Of a stretch of 64,000 nucleotides of DNA, positions 1-13,992 are shown one piece after another. The notes below the pieces were generated by a model, which searched no databases, had not been told where the DNA came from, and saw only the letters and a list, made by a program, of their open reading frames with translations. Within the stretch, counting starts at the first letter, position 1. Every line of letters starts with the position of its first letter. Origin of the DNA: Glycera tridactyla. Taxonomy: Eukaryota. The position numbers and the translations under genes were made by a program. The stretch lies in the NCBI GenBank assembly GCA_965644265.1, contig OZ286471.1, positions 49,414,001 through 49,478,000 on the forward strand. The letters run 5' to 3'.

Positions 1-68
1 ATGTAATACCTATGTAAGTCCTATTCTGAAGCCATTCATTTTATGGCTGCATCGATTACAAACTTTAC

Positions 69-196
69 NNNNNNNNNNNNNNNNNNNNNNNNNNNNNNNN
101 NNNNNNNNNNNNNNNNNNNNNNNNNNNNNNNNNNNNNNNNNNNNNNNNNNNNNNNNNNNNNNNNNNNNNNNNNNNNNNNNNNNNNNNNNNNNNNNN
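69..196. other. Assembly gap (N)
   Basis: Run of N. Confidence 0.99.
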
Positions 197-341
197 GATG
201 AGGGATACACTGTCTTTGACAGCTTCTTGATCATAACAAAGTTTTGCTGTGTGCAGATTAGCCTCCCAATTATACTAACAACTTCTATGGTCTGGTCCTA
301 TGAGCTCTCAATCTGATGGGATGTCTAATTATTGGTTGTAG

Positions 342-483
342 GCTCTTCCAGCAGGTGCCAGAGATGAGAATGGAAGACTTACGATACCCCGTGCAGCAAT
401 GGGTGATACCGGGGAGTACCAGTGTACAGCCATTGGTGTTGCAGGAAGCTATTACGCTACTGCAAGACTGACTGTGAGGCCAG
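342..483 (+). CDS. HSPG2: Exon: Ig domain C-terminal half
   Basis: tag|...|gtgagc; [47 protein letters not shown] (D-x-G-x-Y-x-C motif). Confidence 0.85.
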
Positions 484-3400
484 GTGAGCCATGTATCTAT
501 ATTGAATATACATGCAACTGGAAATATTTCATGTATGGCTATCATGGTTATTGATGTTCGTACTCTATGTATATGTTTTGGTTTCTATTGTTCAACTTAC
601 TTCCAATACATTATCGTTGCATTAACATGAGAGGTGGAAGAAAGTTCATCTGAATTGCATATTTAATATTTGCTTTATTCAAATATGGATAAAGCTTTCA
701 TGCTAAACAGCTCTCCCCTCTATTCATACTCTCTGCATTATCACATCTTTATTGATGATATTTTATGGCCAAGAATTATTTTCCACTGATTTTCTGCACA
801 TCTCACATTAGGCTTACACGTAATGGTGTTTATTGATTTTACTCTGTTGGAAATGCGATATGAGTTATGTGTGACTGAAGGTAATTGCTGTCAGTAAATT
901 CACTGCTTTTGGTAGTTGGTGTTTTGTGAGCTTTTGCATCATGTGCTCATCATGCTTTTGTTGCAGCTGGTCCGGATTCTGGCAGTCAGTTAGGTTGCAG
1001 CCGGAATGAGGCAACATGCCAAAATGGTCAGTGCATACCACGTGACTTTGTTTGTGATGGAGATTTTGACTGTACAGATCGATCTGATGAAGCCAACTGT
1101 GGTGAGTGAGAGGAATGGTCAATTCAATTATCTCTGACAAACATGTATTTGATTTCTTGAGATATCATCTATTTTAGTTGTTCTTTCTTGTTGGTTGACT
1201 ACCAAAGTATCCATTTGAAATGTTAGATACATTCTGTGTCTTCCGAGTATGTCTCAGTAATTTCAGCAACTCTTTGTTGTATATAACATGTACTCTACTT
1301 GTTACCTGGAACAGCAATTCATTGGATGTTTGGAAATGAAGAATGATACCATGATTTCTCATCCCTGCATATTTCAATCATTAATTTGAGGCACTACAAT
1401 TGATTTTTGTTGAGATTCCATTCTATATGTTAATGGACACTATAAATTGGTCTTAATCCATTTTCTGTTTGCATCAGCACAGACAAACACGGACAAATAT
1501 ATTCAGCTAACTACTTCATTCTCTCTTTGTAGTCAATCCACTGCCTTGTGAACCAAATGAATTCCAGTGTGATAATGGAAAGTGTGCACAAAAGATCTGG
1601 CGATGTGATGGTGATAATGACTGTGGTGATAATTCGGATGAAATCAACTGTCGTAAGTAGTGTTTGTACCATTCATTCATGGATTATGGTCCTGTCTAAA
1701 TCTATATTAGGTTAATGAATACCATCATCCATCAGTCAAGAATTTTCATGAGACTTGAGACTAATTGGAATCCCTGTGACAAACCTATCATGAGGTATCC
1801 TATAAGTAATCAATAGTCCATTCACAAAGATACTTGAGAAATTTTGATAATGTTTCTGAATAAATTGATGGAAATCCTAGCAACAGCACATACTCTGGAA
1901 AAGTGCAAATAAGAGGCTGATGTGATGTGTGATGTCCCATTGTCCTTTCTTGTGTTGATCCTGCATTTTGCGATGAATTATTGTGCATTTTGAGCTGAGA
2001 TAAAGATGCCTCACCCATCATGGTAGCGGGGGTTCTCATAACCTATTCAACATGCTACAACTGATTTTGCATGGATCCTTCCACCCTAGTGAGATTTGAA
2101 ATCAAAACAAGTATTAAGCCCTGTGTATCGTATCAGAGACTATTAGTTTCTTGTAATGATGTAGAAATCAAAGTTGTTTCTTTGGTTGATTTCAGCAACA
2201 TCGGATCCCAATGCTCCTTGTCGTGCCAATGAGTATCAGTGCCTGGCTGGGGACCAGTGTGTGCCAGCAAGCTACCAGTGTGATGGAGAGATTGATTGTC
2301 AAGATCGCTCAGATGAAGTTGGATGCAGTAAGTCATGGAATCCTGATAGAAACAATGCAAATGACAGTGAGAGGATCTTCCACAAAGATAATAAAGTTAG
2401 GAATTGCGATAGAAAGCATAACATCCTGAAATGATCCCACATTCACTGGCAGAAATTTCTTTTGTCATTTGTGAGTTGCTTTCAAGGGTGTCTATCCATT
2501 TACTGCATATGTTGGTGTATAACATGCTGGCAGATCTTAGTTATCCACAGGGTGCAAGAAAACCACAGTCAAGTGTTGATAAATTGTGATGAATATCAGC
2601 TGTTGGGACCGGCTCTTGATTGTATTCGGAGGTGATCTTGACATATTGACTAATGTGAAAAATTGAGCGCCACTCGACTGGAAGCTTCCTGAGATTCTAT
2701 AGTTTCAGAGTTGTACCTTTATTTTAATATTCGAATTATTAATGACAGCTATCTTTGTTTTCAGTCGCACCAACAGTCATTCGGCCACCAGAACAGTTCA
2801 TGACAGTTGAACAAGGGTCAACAGTGGTGATCACATGTGAGGCTATTGGGGTACCTATACCAATCATCACATGGCGTCTTAACTGGGGACACGTTGGTAA
2901 ACCACCACGAGTCACCAGCACCTCAGAAAGTAAGTAAATGTTCTTATAGTCCATGCATCTCATCTTCTGCATAAATGGAAACTACTAGACCAGTGAAACA
3001 CTTCATTGAATCACATTACATGTGATATCCATATCATCTCATTGTCCGACACCAGTAATGTTAACCACAGACATGAAATCAGACACATGCAGCTTCCTTT
3101 ATCAGGAATCTGCCATCAATCCTGCCCACAAAGGCCACCTCTAGTTGCTTTGAAATGTGGCCTTGGTAGATGGATGGCCTCTTTATATAGGTGATTTGTG
3201 ATATGGAATATTTGTTGTATTGTCATGCTGCCTTAGCAGGCAGGTAGCCTCAATACAGAACTGGCCCTAGGACTGGTCAGACTGTAATTCAGAGAGTAAG
3301 AGGAAGAAACATTGACACCACAGTTTCAGGTATCAGATATCAGCAGCCTGATTCCATCTCGCATTAGAACTGCTCAAAAGATACATATTCTCATTTGGAA

Positions 3401-5618
3401 TCTGATGTCTGCTACATGATTCATTGCTACATGCAGTCTCCACAAAGATTTACATTTACTGTTCTTTGACGATACTTCTTGTCACGGTCATACTAAATAT
3501 CTGTCCTTTCTCTAGCAATTGTATATCTTGTATCATTCCGAGATAAACGAATTTTAGTTTCGATTTCAAACTCAAAATGACATTGATGGTATTGTGAAAT
3601 TCAAACTTCACTGTGAGTACTGTGGATAATTCTTCATTTTATTTTCATCTCATTTTGCAGATGGTCGAGGTACACTGACAATTCGTGACACACGTGGAGA
3701 AGATGAAGGAGCATACACATGTGAAGCCATGAACAACAAGGGCAATGTTCTTGGGATACCAGATTTGATTCTGACTGTCACACGTAAGTTTGCCATCAGT
3801 GATTATCTACCAGCAGCTCACCTCTGATTTTGTCAGTATATTTAGACACACTTTGTAGGAGCTGTAGGGGTAGCCTGACATCTGGCTAATTGAATCGAAA
3901 GGTCATATGTGAGTTGGAAACCCCACTTCGACCAGTGCCCTGTCAATGTTAAAACATCAGTTTAAATGACCAAGTATAAATTGATGTTATTATGATTACT
4001 TCAGTGATAACCATATTGCTGGGATCATTGTAAAAATGATGGCCAAAATCAATAAAAACAAATGGAGAGCCAAACATTGATCAGGCCCAATTTGCAGACT
4101 TTTAGTTTGTGAATATTTCACTTTGATCTCATCCGTTGATCATAATGAAGATGAATATTCCTTTTATTTTCAGCTCCTGCTGGTATCTGCAAATCACCTA
4201 TGTACAATTCTGAAGCTGAAGATCCATCACAGTGCAAGAGGTGTTTCTGTTTCGGGATTGCATCAGACTGTGTATCATCCAGTATGTACAAATCAGAGGT
4301 AAGTCTGTCATAACGATTTTCATGTCTCAAAAGTGATAATATTGACTCTCGTTGAGATGATCATATTGATTGCCATGACAAGGACATCCCTAATGGGCTC
4401 CCTTTTGATGATACAAGGATACATGTAGGCTGTTTTTCAATGCCTTAGGCAAATTGAACTGGCGGTGAATAGTTCAGAGATGTGGTACCGTGTCAAACAA
4501 TTCTAGAACTATTCACCAGCATCTCTGATGACAATAAATTCCGTGAAAGGTTTCAGCAATGAATAAAGGATTCTTCTCCTTGGACAGATTACAGATAGCA
4601 CTTTTATATTCCAATGGCACATAGAACTCGCTGAGGTGTGCCTGATGCGTACATGAAAAATTTCACTTGGATTTTCTGCTGATGTAAAAAATAAAGGATA
4701 TATATATATTCATCATGAAGATGACTTCCTCTTGGTCACCAGTTTTTACAATAGAGGTGAAAACTATTGTTCATATCCATGTTTTGCTGATGCTGACAGT
4801 GCTGGCCAAGGTAGCCGCATATTTGTACTTCATTGTGTGTCAGTTTCGATAAAGTCTGGAGCTGGCTGAAATCTCTATTTTGTGTAACTTTCTTGTGTGT
4901 TTGCAGATCATCATTGGTGATGAGATAGAAATTGTAACACGAGACGACCAACAACCTCTTCGAGGCTCACAGAATCTAGTCAGCTACTCGCCTCGTGAGA
5001 GAGAATTCAGCATCAGGAATTTTGATCGAAATGTACGCGGAAGCAACAACTATTTCAGTCTCCCAAGTTTATTCAAAGGAAATCGGGTAAGTTAGGTGAC
5101 TGTATATTCTAAAATTGAATGAATCATGTCTGTGGTCTTATTAGATACTTATCTTTTTATCCCCCCCCCCCCCCCCCCCCCCAATCGAAGGTAGGGGGGC
5201 ATACTGGATGCAGTCTGTCTGTCCGTCTGTCCGTAAACAATATTTGCAGTGCACACTGTGTCCACTGTATTAATGCTACACTTTTTTTGGTATGTGGACT
5301 ACCCATGGGGGGTAGGTGTGCATAGGCATATTTGTTTGACCCTGTGACTTTTGATTTTCTGTCATTTGATTGTTTTTACCTGCAGTTTTTGACATTTTTT
5401 GAGACAGCCAAATTTCACCTGGCTCATATGCACTGTATTGTCCTCCTTGTAATGTACACTCTTCTCCTGGCTTTGCCCTCATTGTTATGTGAGATTCTCA
5501 GTAACTGACACGGGTCCTGTTGTTCTTCCCTGTATTATGTAACACCTGGTCAATTTCATCATGGAGCAATAGCTCACTTCTAATTCAATAACCAGCAGTG
5601 AAAGGGCTGAATCAAACA

Positions 5619-5693
<75 letters not shown>

Positions 5694-8600
5694 ATGCATG
5701 TTTGCACTCTACATTGCTACCTGTGGGTTCACTATGGGTACAGTACCCAAACCTGTGGCTGTACATTGAATTTACCTCTTTCTGGCTGGATTGATGTGTG
5801 CAGAAAATTATTTCAATTGCATTGTTTGCCATTGCAGGTGAAGAGCTTTGGCTCAGAGCTGGGCTACACAATTCACTTCGAAGGAACAGGATCACCAACC
5901 AGGGAAACTGATGTCATCATCAGTGTAAGTGTTATCATTCATTATGTAGAAAAATGAAGTAGGCTTCGAATTATCATTGAATTTTGGCAATAATGAAACT
6001 ACAGTCGGTTCGCCTTTTTCTGTGGCACCTGTCTTTTGCAGATAATTCTCTCAAATAAGCACATAAGGGTAAAATATGAATGTCCCTACTCACGATGAAC
6101 ATTGTCGTTCATATATCTCCACAAATTCCACCCATTCTGCCAATTTTTATCGGTGAATTCGTGTATAATTGAAGCAAATCTGGGCTTGTTTATTGCCGTG
6201 ACATGACAGTTGAATGTACAGCGCTGTCAATTGACCTGTGACCTCAATTATGACGTCATATTGCAATTCCTCAAGTCAGAACTGTCACGTACGCATCATA
6301 TAAACATACGGCAATGCCCTGATAGAGAATTCGCGCCAAGTTCGTAGGTTTCTTTTTTTGTCTCCAGATATTTCTGTTGAGTGCTGATTAGGTCATTGAC
6401 TTCTCCAAACGTTGCTTCTTGGACAAATATTGGCATCGTATCTTTTGGAGAATGATCGGGGAAAAACGGATGCCACAAAAAACGGCGAGCGACTGTAGAG
6501 CAGAAATTCCCTGCCTCAGTCCGAATATTCGGAAGACAATCACAGCTATCCCATGTATATTTTCCTTGCTATCTATTGCAATGTTGACGGTAATAGGAAA
6601 GAGAAATGTCTGATGAAGATTCAGCAGCTATGAAAGTATAAGCTGACTGCTGCAATCTCGCGTAAGTCATTTTGGGGAGAAAAAATGATGAAATATGGCA
6701 CCATGAAGTCTGTTGAACTCAAAATGATGTGCAGGTCCATTGTTTTTCCCCATTTATCAAGTATTGAGTTGCATTTAGAAGTCTAGTTATGAAAAGTGTT
6801 TGCAGTAAAGTCAGATGAGTTCATGATCTGTAAGATAATTGTCAGAAGAATTCAATTATCAATTGAATTTTGACTTGCAGGGTAATGGAGTCTCCATCTG
6901 TCACTCACTTGTGGTGCAGCCAGCTTCAGGAATCACTGAGTATGTTGAGATACCCCTTATTGAGGTAAGTATAGCAGTACTTTTAACAGTGTTGCCATAC
7001 ACAGAGAAGGGGTGGGACAGCTAGATTCTATCATCATATCATGGATTCTGTCTTATCAAACAATTGTTGCAATCCCTGCTTTTCAACAGAATCTTGAAAA
7101 TTGCTGGAATCACAAGTCATATTATTGGCCATTGAGAGGTTTTCACCATATTCGTGAATTCCATGATTTCTTATACAGTACTCAATTCATCCTCACAAAG
7201 CATACATTTTCTGAATCTGTGGGCTAAATGGTTAAGGCAGAAGCCAATTCATGTTTTACCCAGGCAATTGTTAAGCCATTCATGCTTAGATACTTGAATG
7301 ATCATGGAGCTCAGTCCATAATGGAACATTCCCCACCACTGAGAACACTTTTTTGAGCCAAACTATCTTGAGCTACTGTGATGAAGACCAGAAGCTGGAA
7401 TTTTCAGTTTCAGTTTCGAATCAGTAATTTTGATGTGTTCTGACATCACTCATAAGTTGATCTTGCATGTACATTGACCCCTCAGTGTTTTAGCCAAATA
7501 ATTCACTCACATATGAATATGAATATATTTATGAGAATGTATTTCATCTCACTATTATCTGATATCGAATTAAATAGTGAGAAGATGATTAAAAGGGGAT
7601 AGATAGATTTCCTACTGTTTGTAGAATGAGAACATATTACATTGTATGCTGTGTCACTTTTGCAGTCATCGTGGGTGAACTGTGAGGGAAGTCGAGGAGA
7701 TATTGGTGGCCATGTATCACGTACAGACATGATGATGGCACTTGCCAATGTTGACTACATCCTTGTTCGAGCCAAATATGTCAGCCGCCAGGAACTTGTC
7801 AAGTTAGTCTTTCATTTTAAGATATTTCTTATCTGTTCCAGTATTGCCGTAGATAGGGCTGATTATGTGTGCCTGTACAAGTATTGTTAATATCATTTGA
7901 CAGCTGTGATAGCTTCGCCCATTTTGTCAGCAGCATAGACAGTTTGATGGTATTACTGATAGTTGTAGCCTTGCAATATATTGATTTAATTGAATCAAAT
8001 GATCAGATAAGAAATACAGAGATTCGTCAGTCCTGTGACATATAGTTAGTGTTGAATCTGAATGGTGAACTACTTCCATTTATCATTTTTAACAAATCAT
8101 CATCATTTTTCATCCAGGAGTGTGAGAGTGATGCATTTCGTACATATCATGTCATAGGTCTGGAATATGGGGCATAGATACACCTTCAGTTCATACATGC
8201 TATTCAATCTTCACCAACCAACCAACCAACCAACCAACCAACCAACCAACCTGCAGACAGATGCTAATGTTCACCAAAACACATTCATTGTTCATGTTTA
8301 GGTTCTTGAGAATGATCTCGATGCTCAGATCCTGTTATGTGGTAGGAACACTGCAATATATTTTGTGAGAAATAACATGCTGCAGGATGAGATGGTAATA
8401 TACTCCCTATGTATTCTTCAGGATTGGTAATATTCGCATTGGGACAGCAGTCATCGGTGATTCAGGCCAGGGTCATGCTGTGCTGGTTGAGAACTGCCAG
8501 TGTCCTCCAGGTTACAGAGGAACATCATGTGAGGTGAGTGCTGTGGTGATTGATGAAAATCTTGTTAATTATCAGTTTGTTCAGCCACCAATTTACCTAT

Positions 8601-11600
8601 GATACTGTTCCCCGGTCCACATTTACCTGTTTGTTGTATATGCGAGTGCAGTTATGATTTACAGTGTTGCATCTAGAAGGGGAACTTGGCCAATTCAAAC
8701 ACAAATGAAAGTGTCCCTGAGTCAATTGAAACACTTTTGTTATCTTTGGCCCCTTACCAAAATAATATTGGGCCGAATCCTCTTATATTTTCCAAGTATG
8801 TCCCTATTACTAATACATTGGCGAACTGATATTTCATATTGGCTGAAGTTGCTTCAATCTGAAAGGACAATTGCTTATGTGATATTTTTATATGCATCCT
8901 TGGGCTCCGTCATTTATGGGCTTTGTAGGGTCAAATTTCTATGGAAAAACATGTATGTCAATGGAATATAGTGATTCATGGACACTTTTATTTGTGTTCG
9001 ACTTTGCCATAAAGGTATGTGTCTGATAGTAACAGAAAATTTACCCTAGAAACATTTTGCCTTTTGACCCTGACTTTTAGGGAGTCTTTCTATTATTTTG
9101 GGATGGCCACAACTGGCATTCATTACCACTGATATTTTATATATCATATGTTTCAGCAATGTGCAGTTGGTTACAGCCGACAACCTGGAGGGCCTTACCT
9201 CGGCCAGTGTGTTGCCTGCTCATGCAATAACCATGCCACAGAATGTGATGCCAGAACTGGAGCTTGTGTTGTAAGTTTTCTTCATTCACATTTATATTTA
9301 AAGCTGAATATTTCATGTCATGTACTGGCTCTCTGTGTACTCTCCATCACGAATATTCATCATTTTATTTGTTGGAGATGTATTTTCATCATATTTATCG
9401 ATTTTCAATGTTTTTGGCCTAAGTTGACATATCAGGTCATAAGCAGTGAGATGCATGTTTGATATGCTCATGTAGACAGGTAGACTGACAGCTACTGGAC
9501 AAACTGCACGGGGGAATAGAATCTAGGTTTTATTTATCAGGAGCTTATGGCATACATAATTATCATGGCCAAAATGCATTTACTTTTCTTACAAGTTCTC
9601 CTCTTTGTCTTCAGTGATATATTTCGATGTATTGCTGCTGATAGGTGCAACATGTTCCCAAATATAAGTAGTATTGCAGTGTCTCGGAGATCGGCAGAGA
9701 TACACTACCCATGATCCTCTGGTCACTCACTCATTGGGCCCATTCGACTGGGCGGTTTCGTGCTTCACGAAAAATCGTGAACTAACTTTTGCATTCGACT
9801 GGAAGCGTTACTCCACGGCCGATTTTCTCCGTGAAGTAACTATTTTTCGTGAAGTACCAGTCGAATGGGCCCAATATTGGGGGCTATTAGTATATTAATT
9901 GCCGTACAAGTTTCCATCTATGTTGGCAAGATGGCCAGTCTTTTGAATGAAGGGATACGAGTTATTTGATTGCATTTATTTTTATAATTGCAGAACTGCC
10001 TTCACAACACCATGGGTGATCGCTGTGACCAGTGCGCAGAGGGTTACTATGGAGATGCACGTCGAGGTTCCTCTAATGACTGTCAGCCATGCCCATGTCC
10101 TCTGACCACTCCTGGAAACCAGTAAGTCTAGACTAAATACTTTAGTAAATCTCATGTACTCCAAACAGTCTATATCTGTCCTGATTGAACCTGAATCTTC
10201 ATCACACGGTACTGTATTCTGTTGATAGAGACTCTTTATGCCGACGTAGTAAATCTGGTTTGATGTTAATTCTGTGGAATGGATCTATTCTGGCTGTGGG
10301 TAAATTGTTGTAGTTTGATTCATTGAGATAACCGAACACTTTCTGGGAAATTTGTGACAAAAATGAGTACATTGTAGTCCGTTCCCTCACAATTATTGCT
10401 GCATTCACTCTGGAAAGCACTGGCATAACTGAAAGCAGCATTACTCATTTACGTCCTGTTAGCTTAATTTCTTTTTGCAACCATCATAGTTATGTAGGTG
10501 ATCATCTGACAGGCGTGATCTGAATGTGTTTATTCGTGAGATACATATCTTGATACAGTTGTCATGAAAATTGGATCTGGATGTTATGTCAGTACAGGAA
10601 ATCATATCCAAATTTGTGAGAAATTGATAATCTGTGTTATTTTTGACTTTTAGTGTATATTGTGACAGCAACAGCAAAATTATAATTAGGCTACCTTTCA
10701 CAGAAATCTCAGATCAATCCCGAAATATTGCGGAGGTCAATGCCTATTTGTACAATTTCAAATAATATACTCACTGATGTTCTCATGGTGTTTGTAATGT
10801 TCAGATGCATTTATTTATGGTTGGATAACATATAAAGTTTCCAGTATTCATCAGTGCATGTATGATGAAGATAATATGAGGGCTGTTCATGTTTTCGTCA
10901 GGTTCTCCAAACAGTGCTCCTTTCTAGTACAGTGAACCTGTCTATGAAGGCTTTGTAGGCAGGTGTCCTTTATGGAGAGGTTATTTAGTGTTGAAAATAC
11001 TATCACGGTTGCAGCCCATTGTGGCAGGTGGTCTCTATAGAGAAGTGGTCCCTTGAGCAGATTCGACTTTACAAACTATTGCATTTATATCGTAGTTAAT
11101 ATGCAAATTTTTCAATTTTGTTAGATTCTCCAAACAGTGCTACCTGTCACCTCAAGATAACCAGGTGACCTGCTCAGCTTGTCCACCTGGATATACAGGA
11201 CGGCGATGTGAGAGATGTGCTCCTGGTTACACCGGCAATCCTGAGATACCTGGAGACTACTGCAGAGAAAGTGAGTCAACCCTAGTGCTCGGACTATGAT
11301 CGATTAATTGAACTCGCCAGCTATTGGGTTAAGACTCACCTGGCTGACCATAAAGTGCTGAGGATTCGCTATGAAATCACAACTTTGTAATCATATCAAA
11401 GAGTAATAACCTTTCTGACAAATCATCAAACTTTCATCAAATGATGTCCCTGTACTGACCAATACATTTCTACATTCATTATTTTTTGGTACCCTGTGAG
11501 TTTGGTGAAATTTCTGCATGAAATTTGGACGTTCCCACGATGATGCATATATGCTGATGTTAATGAGATCATCTAAAGTTATTCCATAAAAGTACAACAA

Positions 11601-13915
11601 AATCATGCGTATTTTGATCAATTATCAATTCTCATAATCGATCAATTGAATCGGGCCTCTCAGCGATGCAGTAATCGATATAATCAGGTAATCGTCGGAG
11701 CACTAGTCAACACCACTATCATGTACATCAGTATCTGAGAAGACTGTGCATTCAGCTGGCTATGGAGCTGCTTGGACAGGCAGGTGATTGAATGTATTGA
11801 ACTCCAAATTCCTATATGACCGTTTGAGAGATTTGTACAAGGACTAGATGAACACAATCCAGCGGGCTCCTCTGTCTCATGCATCACCTAAAATTGATGA
11901 TTCATCTATGATTTGTAGTTTCAACATCTAGTGAGTCATATAGTACTGATATGGTAGTAGATGTGAGTCGCATCTGATGGGAACAATCCTCCACTCTTTG
12001 AAGAACAGAAGCAAATCTTTTGCATTGCATAATAGGCTTGAACATATATCTAGGCCAACATCCTACTTTTGATGTATGTACTACAACAGATATGAGAAAT
12101 AATTTTATCTTGGTCTTATATGATATGATTTAATCAGTACTAATTGTGTTGCTAAATGTATTGCAAACCTATGAAACGTATCTAACCTGTTGGTAGCATT
12201 TCATCATCTGTCAGGGGATGGCAACTATCCAACCACCAAATAGTATGCATGGTCCCCATTCTTTCAAGAGGAATATCATTGCTTTGATTTGGAGGAGCAT
12301 TGGTTTCATAGATGCAATGAGAGAGAATTAATAAGTCTGGGGTAACAATCAGTGGTAGCTGGGAATTTGAGTTTGATCATTGTTTCTAGGTACTGGTCCT
12401 GGGCCACAGCCAGGAACATGTGATGCCAGGGGCAGTTTGAGCACGCAGCCAGATCCCAGCACAGGCCGCTGTCAGTGTAAGGTGAGTGACTTTCTGGAAC
12501 GTACCCTTCTTTGAGGTGTTCCATCTGCCTGTCCATCATTCTGTTTGGAATCGACCATAAAAGATGGTACATGATCATGGATATTGGTTTTAAAGCTATG
12601 ATATAAGGAATACAAAAATGGCCTGGCTTTGCACCATTGAAAAATGTCTGACAGCATTTGATGAAAATTTTAGATTGAGATGTTGCTGCGATCTTGTTTG
12701 GAGTATACGAAAACATAATTTTGAGGATATGTGGTGATATTTTCAGAATACTTGACAAATTTTCCAATTTTACTTCATTGACATCACTTTCTCCTTCCGC
12801 GAGTGTCATTGCTGTTCATGTCACTCTGATCAGTGCTTCTAACTATAATATTATGTTATATTGTGCCTATGTTGTATTGGACCTATGTTATATCAGGCCT
12901 ATGTTATAATAGGCCAAGGTTAATCACTGGGCTGCAGGCACTTCATCAGAATTTCTGGTTTCCATCTATCTCAGGTGGCTTCATCCTCTTTTGTTTGATT
13001 GAGTTTTTTCTGTCAATCCCTGAATTCCAATATATTCATCATACATGCAGTAGTAAATACTAGAAAGTTCATATGTTATCCAACCACATCTTAATGCATC
13101 TGAACATAACTTGTGGATACAATGAGAGGATGTGGAGAAATTCGAAGAAATTTGGCTCAACGCAAGACAACAATGCAGCTATGATTGATCCACACAATAA
13201 CCATTATGATGACAGTTATCGATGTATGAAGCACTTTACCATGATCATGATTCTGTATCCATCTGTCCCAACAGAGCTCAGTCCAGGGACCTTCATGTAC
13301 TGACTGCAAGCCTAACACCTTCTACCTGTCGGATGAGAATGCCTATGGTTGTATACCTTGCTTCTGTATGGGTGTATCAACATCATGTACCTCAAGCTCC
13401 CTCTACCGTAACCAGGTTAGTATTTCAGAAATGATGAGCAGCAGCTGACACCTATTAAAATGATGAAAATGACATTGTTTTATCCTTGGTGAAGAGAAGG
13501 GAGGGTCAAATATGTTTTGTTGCAATGATAATGACATTGATGAATGGTGATGATGATGATACAGTGAAACCTGTAATGAGGGACCCCAGCCAGAGACCAC
13601 ATTCAATGATATACCAGCCTTGCAGGGCAATTGTCCTATTCAATTAGATATACCTCTGATAAGAGGCCACCTCATGTAAGACATTATTTTTTGATGATAT
13701 ATAGGGTAGTCCTTCGCTATAGATTTCATTGTACTAGAAATGTAATTAGGAAATAATAATGATGATAATACAATAATGATGACAATGTGAATAGAAATAA
13801 TAATAATGATGATTCGAAAAATGATGTAGTGATAGTAATAGTGATAATAATATCGACAATAATCATAGTAGTATGATTTATAAGTCACTGGTTTGTTGCT
13901 GTATTACAAAGATTG

Positions 13916-13992
<77 letters not shown>

